A stretch of DNA of 64,000 nt, from the NCBI RefSeq assembly GCF_963921235.1, contig NC_086097.1, positions 149,050,001 through 149,114,000 of the forward strand, in the 5' to 3' direction. The position numbers were made by a program, and so were the translations under genes. Below are positions 12,720 to 26,554 of this stretch, in pieces. The notes below the pieces were generated by a model, which saw only the letters and a list, made by a program, of their open reading frames with translations, made no database searches and was not told the DNA's origin. How positions within the stretch are numbered: the first letter of the stretch is position 1; every line of letters begins with the position of its first letter. Origin of the DNA: Mobula hypostoma (lineage: Eukaryota).

Positions 12720-13505
12720 TAAGGTTCAAGGTTCAAAGTACGTATACGTCACCATATACAACCTTAAGATTCATTTTCTTTTGGGCATTCTCAGTAGAAA
12801 TAACCATAACAGTATCAATGAAGGACAACCCAACAAGGGTGATCAACCAGAGTGCAAAAGTCAACAAACTGTATGTATACAAAAAGAAAACTAATAATAA
12901 TAATAAATATCAAGAACATGAGATGAAGATTCCATGAAAGTGAGTCCAATGGTTATGGGAACATTTCAATGATAGGGCACATGAAGTTGAATGAAGTTAT
13001 CCCCTCTGGTTCAAGAGCCTGCTGACTGAGGCTCTTATACCTTCTTCCTGATGGTAGCAGCGAGAAGAGAGCATTTCCTGAGCGGTGAGGGTCACTGATG
13101 ATGGGCGCTGCTTTCCTACTACAGCGTTTCATGTAGATGTGCTCAGTGGTTGGGAGAATTTTATCCGTGATGGACTGGGCTGTATCCACTGGTTTTTGTA
13201 GGATTTTTTGTTCACGGGCATTAGTGATTCTATACCACACCAGGCTGTGCTGCAGCCAGCTGATGTACTTTCCACTACACATATATATATAAGTTTGTCA
13301 AAGTTTTAGATGTCATGCAGAATCTCTGCAATTTCCTGAGGAAGTCGAGTTGCTGTCATGCTTTCTTCGTAATTGCACTTGTCTGCTGGTCCCAGGACAG
13401 ATCTTATGAAATAATAACAGCTAGGAATTTAAAGTTGCTGACCTGCTCCCCCTCTGATCCTCCGATCAGCACTGGCTTGTGGACCTCTAGTTTCCTTCTT
13501 CTGGA
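12720..13505 (-). mobile_element. Rex1/Babar-type LINE 3' fragment
   Basis: ORF 12953-13282 has FSLLPSGRRYKSL, and there is a short repeat tail at about 12720. Confidence 0.8.
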
Positions 13506-14039
13506 GACCGATGATCATGAGGACTGGCAGGCAAATTATGTAATATTTTGTTGTTCCCAGATGTAGATTTTAACGACTGTAGGAAACAAGAAAGATGAGC
13601 ATTCTTTTGCAGACACTCTTTTTCTTGGATTAATATTACGTGCTTGGATTAATACAGCCTTTTACAACACAGGACATGCCAAAGTGATTTTAAAACCTGT
13701 ACTGTATATTAATGTGCAGGCACTGTAAAAGTGGCTGTAACTTGTAGCTCTGCCTCTCAGCACAAACATGTACTGTACAAATATTTGTGTAATGAAGCCT
13801 GATGACAAAGTTCAGGTGACTTTAGTTCTGGAGTGGTGGTGTCATAGACTGAACAGTTTTCCATTGACTGGCAATCAGCAAGTTGATGAAACATGAGGTG
13901 GTTATGCTGTAGCCCAGCTCATTACAGGTCTGAAGAGAAATCCCGTTTTAGACTCTCTGGTTCTGATCATGGCCTGTATGCTATCGTACAGATGTATGAT
14001 GGAGACTAATTTCTGTAGATAGAAAATTTGAGAAAGATG

Positions 14040-15505
14040 CTCTGCTGCATTTAGACACAACCCACCACACAGCAATCCATGTTGACTATTCCTAATCATT
14101 CCCTGTCTATGCAATGCTTATATTTTCTGCCCTTCAGAATACCTTCCAATAAGTTGCCTGATATCAGGCTTACCGGCATATAATTTCTTGTCTTATTCTT
14201 AAGCCTTTCTTAAACATTGGAACAACTTTAGCTATCCTCCAGCCCTCTGGCACCTTATCCGTGGCGAAGGATGCTGTGAACTGTTGGCTGGTTATGCCTT
14301 CCTTATTCCTCAGTTCTACCGATAAACAAATTTCTCCAGTCTGTCCTATCTGAGCATTGTCGTGACATTTTCCCTGACTAGTAATGATACCCGCTCTTCC
14401 CGGCGCCCCCCCCCCATCCCTCTTTCTCTATCAGGTCTAAAACAATGGAACCCTGGAACAATTCTGCCAGTTCTACCCCTCCTGCAGTCAAGTTTACAGT
14501 GTCATAATTCCATGTGCTGATCCATGCCCTAAGCTTATCACCTTTTCTATAGCACTCCTTACACTGAAATTTATGTAGCTCAGAACATTAGTCCCAACTT
14601 TTGATTCCTGAATTTGTATGCAGGCTTAACAACATCTTAGTCCACAACCTGTTCAGGTGTTCAGGTTCCCATCCCCCTGCAACTACAGTTTAAATCCACG
14701 CACCCCTCCCCTACCCCCCCCCCCACGGTGTAGCAGTAGCAAACCTTACCACAAAGATATTAGATGCCCCTCCAGTTCAGGTGCAAACTGCCCCTTCTCT
14801 ACAGGTTGCACCTTCCCTGGAAAAGAACCCCTTGATCCAGAAATCTGATGCTCTCCCTCCTGCACCAACTGCTTAGGCACATGATCTTCCTATTTCTGGC
14901 CTGACTAGCAAGGGACACATGTAGCAATCCTGAGGTCACAATCCTGGAGCTCCTGTCCTTTAACTTCGCACCTAGCTCCCTGAACTCACTTTGCGGGATC
15001 TCGTCACCTCTTCTCCCCATGTCATTGGTACCAACGTGGATCACGACCTCTGGCTGTTCGCCTCCCTTTTAAGAATGCTGTGGACTCAATCTGAGATGTC
15101 CCTGACCTTGGCAGCAGGGAGGCAACATAACATCTGGGAAACTTGTTCTCATTCACAGAACCTCCTTTCTGTTCCCCTAACCAATCCCCTATCACTACAG
15201 CACGCCTCTTCCCCCCCCCCACCCCTTCCCTTCTGAACCACGAAGTCACATTCAGTGCCAGAGTCCTGACCACTGTGACTTTCCTCTGCTAGGTTATTCC
15301 TCCTCCCAACAGTATCTAAAGTGTTATACTTGTCGAGGGGATTGGCTACAGGGGTACTCCTCCCTGGCTTCCCATCCCTTTTCCCCCTCCTCACGATTAC
15401 CTGGTTACCTGTGTCCTGCACCTTGGGTGTAACTACCTCCCTGTATGTTCGGTCTATCAACCCCTCAGTCTCCCGAATTCATCCGGTGCCTGCTCCAACT
15501 CCTTA
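14040..15505 (-). mobile_element. CR1 LINE remnant including the ORF1 SGNH esterase region and ORF2 fragments
   Basis: RRAVVIGD..LVRGTERRFC and VIHVGTNDMGR (GDSL/SGNH blocks typical of CR1 ORF1). RT-region remnant IRNSQHGLLCGGLCL at about 14050-14110. Confidence 0.8.
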
Positions 15506-16852
15506 ACATAATTCCTGAACCTTAATAGATTCAGATACACTTTACTAAAGAAAACTTGACAGTACTTGAAAGGTAAAATGTATATATAGAATGAGCTTTG
15601 GACTGGGATTAATTGTATAGGTCTGTCAAAGACATGGTCTTGTGTATTCTGCTAGAAAGGCAGATGTCTAGTGAGCAAAGTAGAGCTTCTTGCCACTCGT
15701 GCTAAGACTAGCAGAGCTTTACACCAATTTTCCCTTTATATCTGGAAACAGAGACAGGATGTACTGATTGAGACTAAGGAGCTTCCGTCAGCTTGAGCCT
15801 TTCCCAATCAACTCACTGTTACACTCCCTTCTGTTGTTTCCTGAAATTGTGCAAAAATAGAATGCTGAAAAATCAGCTCAAATATGGACACTCCTCCCTT
15901 CCTCCCACCGACCACCCCCTCCACCACCATTTCCTTCCAGGCTCTTGTGGAAAATCTGAGACCTTTATTACCAGAGATGAGCAACTGGATTGGAAAACCA
16001 ACCCAAGTCTAAAGTGCTGACTCATCATAAATCTCTGAAAATGATCAATTATACTGATTTGTGGTATGAAACACGAGCAGTGTCTTGGGATGCATTTAGC
16101 AATAGGTTAAGGTTCCAGAAAAAGTCATTGGAATTTATACAGTATATAAAAAAAAAACTTGATCTGCTGTGTTGTGGTTTTTAGGCGGAGTACTACAGCA
16201 CAGGAACAGGCCTTTTGGCCCGTCTAGACCATGCCGACCTGATCTGCCAGTCCCATCTTATTACACCCAGACCATATCCCTCCAAATGCCTCCCATCCAT
16301 GTACCTATCACATCTTCTCTTAAATGTTACAATTGAACTATGGAAGTTAATATTAAATGAGGGAATTGAGGAATACAGTCCAAAGTCATAAAGTGCGTGC
16401 TAACGTAGTTCGCTAATCACTATGTTTATATCATGTGGAGGCTTAGAAATTCATAAGTGCTTCAGTTTAATTAGTTACCTTGAGGACATGCCAACAGTGC
16501 TTAGCATATCATGAGGGTCAAGTTATTAACTGCCCAGCACGAAAGCAAAATATTCCTTTTGTGTACTATGTCAATGTAAGTCTGAGGAGAAAGTCTTGAA
16601 TATGTTTTCAGGGGGTTGGTGGTGATGGTGATGAGGTTGGGGGGGGGACGAGCAGAGGTTGAGGGAGGAAAGTTGTTGAATCAAGAGCAATTGGTGAGAG
16701 GCAGAATGGTGACTGAATGGAGGTAGCTGCTGAATCGTTGATTAGGTGGGAGATCACCAGGTTAGGAGTTGATCAATCTCAGGACAGTCAGTATGAGGGC
16801 AAGATTGCCAGGATGTGGACAACCAATCAGTAATTGCGATCAGGTCAGAAAC

Positions 16853-16915
16853 TCAACAACTTGGGTGTTGGAGGATTGTCAACAACTTGGGTGTTGGAGG
16901 ATTGTCACCAACTTG
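16853..16915. repeat. Tandem duplication of a 26-bp unit (about 2.4 copies)
   Basis: TCAACAACTTGGGTGTTGGAGGATTG at 16853-16878 and 16879-16904, then a partial copy TCACCAACTTG. Confidence 0.9.
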
Positions 16916-18289
16916 TTGAGTAATTCATGAGTGGGGGTGTTTCAGGCGAGAGCATTAGCTTGGGAACGGGATTGGATTAATACCATTCTGGGTTGGGGTG
17001 CCAAAACAGATCAGATGAATTGTGTTCCCAATATTGTGCTGTGAATTGCTGAAGAAGGGTTTCCTTAAGTTTCTCCGTCCAGCTGCTCTTGTAAACCGGG
17101 CTGTGTTGAACGCGACCAATTACAATGTCAATTGGTGTCAGGATTGAGGACTGATGCTCAGTGCGCCACAGATGACTGCACACTGAAGATTCTGGAGACG
17201 GCAATGTAGATCATTTTCTCATGGCAGCCCTCTTATGGGAATGTATTTTTTCTCTGTGCATTCAGAACTGAAGAGGCATTATTGGTGCAAGTGCAATTTA
17301 GTACTGGAAGTACCTGACCAAATTTCTGGGATTGTGTATATCTGCTTGAAGATCATTGCAATCATGTTCCATTGAGGTTATACAAAAATGGACATATTGC
17401 ATTATCTTTCTGACCAGTGGAATGCTTTCAGATACTTGAAGAAGCCATTATGACTAAAAAATGAATTTAGCTGCACACATTTCTCAAATGTAAAATGGCT
17501 CTTAACTCTTCATTCCAGAGTCAGAATAGTAATAGTCAGTATGAGCTAGTAAAGTGTCTGCAACAAATGAGTTTTCTCACTCAGCTATGGCCCTGAACCA
17601 CATTCTAATTACCTTCCCTCAGATATTGTCTCTTGAAGCCATTTCTCTCTTCTGCTGCCATGGTTTTATTACCCAGTGTTGCCTCTGTGTGTGGATTTGA
17701 GTGTTCCAAAGTATCACAGAAATGTTCAAAATTTATTCACCAATCTCATTACTTTCCTTGTCAACATGATTCATTTAGATAAGAACCCCACCCCAGCAAA
17801 TCAGTTAAGTCAAGGTGGGGGGGGGGGGGAAGTAAACAGATCCTGGAATAATGGTGTAAAAATTGTAGGTTAAGAAAATGCACAGCAGATCAAGCAGCAT
17901 CTATGGAAATAGAAATAGAGTTACCATTTCAAGCCAAAGATCTCTCAGTGGAACCCAGAGAAAGTGAGCATATTTTAAGTTGTTTTGAGAGAGAGAGAGA
18001 GATGACAACTAGAATATTTTTGATAGGGTAGGGCTAGGATTGTTCTGCAGTTAAACTGCTTATGAAACCATTTGGTTGATTAATAAGGCATGTTAGAAAG
18101 AGGGAAAACACAGCAATGAAAAATCTTTCTACATCTGAGTGCAATGGCATTCCTGAATCTCCACCCGGGACCTGCACAGGCTGTAAAAGCTGTTAAATAA
18201 AGGTCAGAACTGTAGGAAATTACCAACAGATCAGATGTTAGAGAGATGAAAAATTGAGCTAATATTACTAATGGATCATCTGTAGGCCA

Positions 18290-20213
18290 GTTCTGATACA
18301 CAAAAAGTGAGTAACCTGAAGATGATAGGGCAAAATTGCAGTCTGTGGGATGAGTTGAAGTGCAACATTGGAGGAGGATCAAAAATTGTGATGAATACAG
18401 GCTTGAAGGTTTTGTACTTCAGTGCACACAGTATACGGAAAAAGAAAGATATTCTTGTAACACAGTTAGAAATTGGTAGGTATGACATTGTGTACATCAC
18501 TGAATTGTGGCTGAAAGAAGATTATAGTTGGGAGCTTAACATCCAAGGATACGCATTGTATCGAAAGGATAGGCGGGTAGGCAGGCGGTGGGATTGGGGT
18601 GGATTTGTTGATAAAAATGAAATCAAATCCTTAAGAAGAGGTGACATAGGATCGATAAAATCCTTGTGGGTAGAGTTAAGAAACTGCGAGGGTAAAATGA
18701 CCCTGATGGGAGATGTGTACAGGCCTCTGAACAGTAGCCAGGGTGTGGGATACAAGTTACAAAGGGAGATAGAAAATGCATGTTAAAAAGGGCAATGGTA
18801 TGATAGCCATGGGGAATCTCAATATGCCTTTAGATTTGGAAAATCAGGTTGGTGCTGGATCCCACGAGAGGGAATTTGCTGGAGTTTTAGTAGGCAATTT
18901 GGAAGGGGAAGTTAGAGGATTGATTATAAAGCAACAGTGGGTAACTAAAAAGCCATGAGAAAAGATGAAATATGAAGGTATTCTAGCCAATAATATAACA
19001 AGGTTAAATAAAGTTTTTTCAGAATTATGAAGATTATAAGGCCACTGGGAAATGGCACTGGAGGGGTAGTAATGGGGGACAAAGAAATGGACTATCTTAA
19101 TAATTATTTTGTGTCAGTCTTCACTGTGGAAGTCACTAGCACTATGCCAGAAATTTGAAGGTGTTGGAAGATGTAAGTGAGCGTAGTTGCTGTTGTTAAG
19201 GAGAAGGTGCTTGGGAAGCTGAAAGGTCTGAAAGTAGGTAAGTCACTTGAACCAGGTGGACTACACCCCTGGGTTCTGAAAGGGGTAGCTGAAGAAATTG
19301 TGGAGGCATGAGTAATAACCTTTTACTTTCTGCCCATTACATCACTGATATTTAGGGCATCAATGAAGGTCCTCCACCTCTGGCAATGCTCAGGGCCTCC
19401 TTCATCATGTCAGTAGCTTCCAATCGGTTTTCATTACTGTCAGTTGTGCAAGTCCTGGGTGGAGATTCAGGGATGCCATTGCACTCAGATGTAGAAAGAT
19501 TTTTCATTGCTGTTTCCATAACAATTTTGTTTTTATCCGTCAGGGTTGTTCGCCCTGAGCTGAACCCGTGAACCTGAAAGATTGGTAGACCACTCTTAAT
19601 CTGCTCTCTACCCTTTGACCTGTTTGGCATGGGTGACCCTAACAAGAGCCAGAGCATAAAACCCTGACTTCAACCAGCATTAGTCTCTGGGTCATTAAGG
19701 CACGCAAGCCTCCAAACCACGACAAGATTGTAATCCTCTTGGAGGAATGACCTTTCAAGAATGACTATATTCTAGAATGGTTCCAGAGGACTAGAAAATT
19801 AAAAATGTCACTCTGCTCTCTAAGAAGGGAGGGAGGCAGAAGAAAGGAAATTATAGGCCATCTTAGCCTGACTTCAGTGGCGGAAGATGTTGAAGTCCAT
19901 TATTTTGCAAGGGGTTTCACCGTACTTGGAGGCACATGATAAAATAAGCCAAAGTCACTATGGTTTCCTTAAGGGGAAATATTGCCTGACAAATCTGTTG
20001 GAATTCTTTGAGGAAATAACACACACAATAGACAACAGAGAGTCACTGGATGTTGTGTACTTAAAATTTTAGAAGGCCTTTGACAAAGTGTTGTATATGA
20101 GGCTGATTAACAAAATAAGAAACTATGGTATTACAGGAAAGATACCAGCATGGATAGAAGATTGACTGACTGGCAGGAGGCGAAGTATCGGAATAAAGGG
20201 GGCTTTTTCTGGT
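18290..20213 (+). mobile_element. CR1 LINE ORF2 remnant (APE endonuclease + RT), internally deleted and interrupted
   Basis: ORF 18307-18786 has YDIVYITELWL, YRKDR, SLWVEL and VYRP. ORF 19887-20072 has SHYGFLKGKYCLTNLLEFFEE...DVVYL. Confidence 0.88.
19324..19745 (-). mobile_element. Non-autonomous RTE derivative (5' UTR joined to 3' end) nested in CR1
   Basis: The minus strand starts CCTCCAAGAGG..CTTGTCGTGGTTTGGAGGCTTGCGTG.., resembling RTE/Expander/BovB 5' UTRs, and ends with RQRWRTFIDAL-like coding. 10-bp TSD AATAACCTTT (19314-19323) and AATGACCTTT (19746-19755). Confidence 0.7.
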
Positions 20214-22456
20214 GATTTTTGAGCACCAAATGCAATCATTAGAATGGAAGGTGTGCAAGTGGATCACACTTTCACCTGAAGGACTGTTTGGATTGCATGC
20301 AGTAGAAGGAACAGATATTCATTCCAGTTGTTCCACAGGAAAGTACCATATGAAAGGGAGACATTGGTGACAGCCACACTTTAAGTCACGAACCGAATGT
20401 TTCCTACAGAAGATTGAAAGGGGTGTAGAAAATGTGTTTGCTGAATGAATCTTGGTGAAGGTACTCTCAAGTTCTGTAGGGCCAAAGTTCCAAAATTTAG
20501 ATCCAATGATGATGAAGGGTCAAGTTAGGATGTTATGTCTTGAAAGGATACCTGCAGTTGAAGGTGTTCCCAAGCATGCAAAGCTCTTGTTCTTCTGGTG
20601 GGAAAGGGCACTGCTATTGAAGGGAAGACAAGTAACCACAGTGTATTTTGCAGCTAGCACAAACTGCAGCCTCATGCTCCTATGTTAGTAGGTTTAATAC
20701 TTATTGTTTGTGAGGCACCAATCAAGTTGGCTGTCTTGTCCATACATAGCAATAATAATGAAACATTACTTGCACTTTGGGGTCTCAGTAGTCCCCAACT
20801 CCTTGGAACTGATATTAGTTTTTATAGTAGTCTCAATGCATTGTGAATTATTTATTATAATCATATTTCACTGAGTAACTGGTGTTTAATATTGAAAATA
20901 ACATTAAAATATATTAAAACGCAATAAATTTCAGCTTGATTTTTTAAAAAATCTAGGCAAGCTTTGTTTGTGCCTTTCATTTCCTTCATTTCAATTTTAA
21001 TAACGATGAACAGAGTTTGAGCTGATACAGTCTTAACATTCCCAAGATGTTTTGGGACTTAAACTCAGTGGTGTTGAAAATGTTTTTCTTCAGCTTCTCA
21101 CAGTTCTGCCCATGGGTTTTCGAAGTATACGAGGAAAGTGTAGAGTGGAAAAAAACAACACGAGGGAAACAGAAAGACAGACCACTCAGCAGTGGCCACG
21201 GCATAGAATTCTGATTCAGCAAAGTTATCCCCAATCCTGTTAACCTTGTAGAATCCCCCAACAAACATAGGATTCAAGTCTATATTGGGAAGAGCTGCTC
21301 CAGAGTCGTCAAGCAAATGTCTGATGTAATTGTCACAGAATCATGCCTCAAAGACAAAGTGCGGGATTTCCAATCCACAGGTATGATCTGATTCATCTGC
21401 AGGGCAGACTCCATTAATGGAAATTGGAGCACATTCCTGGAGCAAGTACAATGAACACTGTGCTGGGTAATTAACTTTTTCCAGCATTGACTGGAAATGT
21501 ATAAGAATGAATACTAACAACAACTGGAGTCGTAGTGTTCTAGCACTGGGTGAATAGTCAGCTTTTATCTCCTGAGGAAGCAGCAGTGTAGCGGAGTACA
21601 CACGGGGGAAGTATTGCTGAAAGTCTCAAACATTCATTCTAGACCCCACGAAGTGTTGTGGGCAAGGATACTTCCTGCAATCTACTATCTTCCCCTAAAT
21701 GGTCAATTGGTGCTTCCCTGTTTTGCACAATATGTGAAAGAAGTGCTGAATACAGAATATAGTCTGGGTGTGTTGTTGTAGGGGGAGGGGTATGTGGTCT
21801 CTTCAATATCCGTCACCATGAATGGCTTGGTGAATGAACTTACCAGGTTCTGAAGAACATAAAATGCTAGATTATGCCTGTGGCAAATAGTGAGTGATCA
21901 AATGTGGTGGTCAACCCTGTTAACCTCACCCTGCTTGTCCATTGTTGTAGCATTGGTAGAAATAAATAGCCCTTTCTTTACAATGAGAGCACCTTTGTAT
22001 GGCACTATAGAAATACTAAGAGGTTTAAACTCAGAAAAAAATCTGGCTTCTCTAAGCTGGTACCCATGAAGTGTGGTTCAGTATCAACATCAGCAGGTAT
22101 ATACGCTACCATATTCTCTAGTCTCATGGCCCACTGTAAAACTCACTCTTTCGTTACCACCAAGCCAGTGGCTCAACCCCTGTTTCAATGAGGGGTGCAG
22201 AGGTAATGCTGGGAGCAGCACCAGGCATAGCTTCACCCAGTTGACTCCCTCATTTTAGCTGTCAACAGGAGTTCATACCTGCTCCTCAGCAAAAGCCAAG
22301 AGTTTCACAAGCAAAAGATTAGATCATAGCCGTGCATTTCTGGTCATTAAAGCAGGTGAACAATTAAAAGGTTAATATGAGGGGATGGCTTCAAGAAGAT
22401 CTCCAATACCAGAATAATAATTTTCAACCATGTTCAGCCAGAAGCTCCATGAGGAT

Positions 22457-22792
22457 GAATTGAATTGACTTGACTTTATTACTTACATCCTTCGTATACA
22501 TAAGGTGTATAAATCTTTACATCAGGTTGCTGTCCAAATGTGCAGTGTGCAATTTATAGTAATTTGTAATAAATAGTATGTACCACAGGACAGTCAATAT
22601 AACTTAGAAATACAATTGTATCAGTGTGAATTAATCGGTTTGATAGCTTGGTGGAAGAAGCTGTCCCGGAGCCTGTTGGTCCTGGTTTTTACGCTGCAGT
22701 ACCATTTCTTGGATGGTGGCAATTTGTGGTTGGGTGACTTGGGTCCCCAATGATCTTTTGGGCCCTTTTTACATACCTGTCTTTGTAAATGA
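22457..22792 (-). mobile_element. Rex1/Babar 3' fragment
   Basis: Reverse complement resembles the 3' part of 2229-3796, with a (TTCAA)-type tail at about 22457-22475. Confidence 0.7.
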
Positions 22793-23085
22793 TAGATCGT
22801 GACTCATTCCTGAGATTCCACTAACAGAAAAGCCCATTTTCAGCTATTTTATTCACTCCCTGAATCACTGGATATAGCAAAGACCAAAGGACCATCATTC
22901 CAGGCATACCTGTGTCTCCAGCCAAGCTGTTCCTGTACAGCTACAGCAGTTCAACAACTGTTGGAAATTGCCTGAAATTTTCCATGCAATGTCAGAGAAA
23001 TAAAGCAAGACCATTCAGACTAATTACCATCCCAATTAGTCAACTCTCAATGACAATTTTCTAGGAGGCTACTTAATAAGATAAG

Positions 23086-24210
23086 AGCCCATGGAATTAC
23101 GGGAAAGTTACATACGTGGATAGAGCATTGGCTGATTGGCAGGAAACAGAGAGTGGGAATAAAGGGATCCTAATCTGGTTGACTGCCGGTTACCAGTGGT
23201 GTTCCACAGGGGTCCGTGTTGGGGCCGCTTCTTTTTACATTGTACATCAACGATCTGGATTATGGAATAGATGGCCTTGTGGCTAAGTTTGCTGACGATA
23301 TGAAGATAGGTGGAGGGGCCGGTAGTGCTGAGGAAATGGAGAGTCTGCAGAGAGACTTGGATAGATTGGATGAATGGGCAGAGAAGTGGCAAATGAAGTA
23401 CAATGTTGGAAAGTGTATGGTTATGCACTTTGGCAGAAATAATAAACGGGCAGACTATTATTTAAATGGGGAAAGAATTCAAAGTTCGGAGATGCAACGG
23501 GACTTGGGAGTCCTTGTACAGGATACTCTTAAGGTTAACCTCCAGGTTGAGTCAATAGTGAAGAAGGCGAATGCAATGTTGGCATTCATTTCTAGAGGAA
23601 TAGAGTATAGGAGCAGGGATGTGATGTTGAGGCTCTATAAGGCGCTGGTGAGACCTCACTTGGAGTACTGTGGGCAGTTTTTGTCTCCTTATTTAAGAAA
23701 GGATGTGCTGACGTTGGAGAGGGTACATAGTAGATTCACTAGAATGATTCCGGGAATGAGAGGGTTAACATATGAGGAACGTTTGTCCGCTCTTGGACTG
23801 TATTCTTTGGAGTTTAGAAGAATGAGGGGAGACCTCATAGAAACATTTCGAATGTTGAAAGGCATGGACAGAGTGGATGTGGCAAAGTTGTTTCCCATGA
23901 TGGGGGAGTCTAGTACGAGAGGGCATGACTTAAGGATTGAAGGGCGCCCATTCAGAACAGAAATGCGAAGAAATTTTTTTACAGAGGGTGGTGAATCTAT
24001 GGAATTTGTTGCCACGGGCAGCAGTGGAGGCCAAGTCATTGGGTGTATTTAAGGCAGAGACTGATAGGTATCTGAGTAGCCAGGACATCAAAGGTTACGG
24101 TGAGAAGGCTGGGGAGTAGGACTAAATAGGAGAATGGATCAGCTCATGATAAAATGGCGGAGCAGACCTGATGGGCCGAATGGCCGGCTTCTGCTCCTTT
24201 GTCTTATGGT
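23086..24210 (+). mobile_element. CR1 LINE, 5'-truncated (RT C-terminal half + 3' UTR)
   Basis: ORF 23216-24052 has LGPLLFTLYINDL, KFADD and LVRPHLEYC. The 3' UTR is GATGGGCCGAATGGCC...CTTATGG. Confidence 0.92.
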
Positions 24211-26554
24211 GGTAGTTGCTCACCAACAATCTGCGCACTGACGCCCAATTTTTGGTTTTACCAGCCACTCTTGGCTCTAGATGTCGTTACAGACTGGATT
24301 CAAACATGGATCAATGAGAACGTAAGTAGTAATAGCAACAGCAATTAGAATAAGCCCATTGGCCCCTCCTGCCTTCCCTGTCATTAATAAGATCATGGCT
24401 GCTTTTTTTTTATCTCAGCAGCTCATGCCAATACTAACCTGTATTCCTTAATATTTAAAACTAACCTTCAGATTCATGACATTGCCATCACAAAATCATC
24501 CACTATCACTATTTTGGAGTTGTCATTGACCAGAGTTGCAAATGAACCACCATCAGTACTGTGACTACATGAATATATCAGAGGATAGCTTGTGGTAATT
24601 GATGCATCTCCTGCTAGTGCAAGAGCATTCCACAAATCAACAGTTTAGTGGAATATTTCCTGGTTGCCCAAATCAGAGCAGCTCCAACAACTGTTGAAGC
24701 TGTACATTCTCCAGAACAAAGTAGTCAGTTGACTGCGAACCCATCATTTTTTCCCTAAGTTACTAACAGGTTTCCTTCTAAATATCACAACATCCTGACT
24801 TGGAAGTTTTCTGCTGCTCAGTCACCACTGCCAAGTATAAAATATATTGTGGAAATACCGTATCTTAATCCAGACGACCTGCAGCTCTTCTGGATGGTAG
24901 CTTGCCACCAACTTCACAGTATCCTTAAGAATGCCAGAAAAACCAAGATCCCAGGAAAGTGTGTACACTAAACACAGGCTTCCACTCCCCCAGTGTTCAG
25001 GTGGTTGTGGATCATCTTGAAGATTTTTCTGGTGTGCAATATTACATTTACAGAAAGATGGATATGCTCATCTTCACAGTCCAAACAAGCAAATTAGTTT
25101 TGTAACTAGCTGACCTCCAGAATAGTTGAGGAAAGTGCCGTTCTTCCGAAAGTGAGATGTTTGCTTGCATCGTTGTGAGGAATCCTGCAGTCATACATGT
25201 GCAGAGACTTTATTGTTGCATTTAACAGTCAGTGCTGGAGGACATGAGATACAGGTGAAGAACAGGAGAAAGTTTACAGTCATCAGGCAACACCTCAGCA
25301 AGACACCACCAGTCTTGACTCCCAGCGGAGTGGAGACTGCTATTAAGAGGTCCCTATCCACTGCCTCTCCATTCTCAAACCTTTAAAAGTAACCTTCACC
25401 AGTCATTGGTCAATAGAACTCATGACATTTAGTAACCCCTCGCAACTTTCTTTGCATGGCTTAGTTCTGGTATCACCTGGTTCAGGAACAGTTATTACCC
25501 TTCATTTATCATGCTCCTGAACCAGCATGGGTAACTTCACTCACTTCAACACTGAAAGTATGGACTCATTTTTAAATCGTGTTCTCATATTGTTTATTTA
25601 TTTGTTTGTTTGTTTACTTATTTATTTCAGTTTGTTTTCTTTTGCAGATTGGTTTTCAGTCTTTGGGTGTAGTGTTTTCAATGATTCTGTTGTATATTTT
25701 TCTTCTACAATGAATGCCTGCAAGAAAGTGCATCTCAGGGTAGTTTAAGGTGATATATAAGTAATTTGAACTCTAACTTGAGATTGGAGGAAGGAAAAGA
25801 GGAGAATAAAGAAATCAAAAGGATAATGTAATGTTAACATTAGTGAAACATTAAATAAAATAAGTATTGAAAAGACGAAAAACAATTCAAGTTTAAAACA
25901 TGCTGAGACAGGAAATGGAAAAGGTATTGCATTTTCATCACAATCACAGCTTTATTTCCTGTTTGCAGCTGTGTTTAGTTCTTAAGCTTACTAATATGCT
26001 AAATGTTATCCATCCAAAAATCAAAGATTAAAATAGAGCATTTTAAAGCAGAGTTCATATTCCTAACTGTATCATTATTCAAAGGCAGACAGTAATATAG
26101 CAAATTGAATGTGGTCTGAACACAGCAGAGCATTTGACGGTGTTGCCTGATAAGTGAATGCAAACCCCAAAAAAAATGAACTAAGTCTGGTCAGAGGTTT
26201 TATTTGAATTGGTTGTCAGAGGTCCAGAATTAAGCTATGAATAGCACTGAATACTGATTTATGAACGTGAAAATTAAGGTTGTAACTTAAGCATTAATTC
26301 CAAGAAAAGGCTTTGCTCATTATCTTGGGTTAATATGTATACAGTTGTTTTGTATGAACTTAATGCTGGATTGACTGTTTTGATTTATTGTGGTCACTTA
26401 GAACTGAATGTTGTTATTGTGCAAACTCAACTGCTGATTAAACAAGCAACACTGGAATCAAGTCCTGGAAATGTCCGTGGAACACTGAATTGAGAATTGA
26501 GTGAATGTTTGTCATGGGATGTGGTGTTGAGAGTATCCCTGTAAATGCAACACT

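Noticed and set aside
14799..15460. SGNH esterase gene
   Set aside because: It is a frameshifted CR1 ORF1 esterase domain adjacent to CR1 ORF2 remnants.
16853..16915. Repeat resembling a CRISPR array
   Set aside because: The units are directly adjacent with no spacers, there are no cas genes, and the context is eukaryotic. It is a simple tandem duplication.
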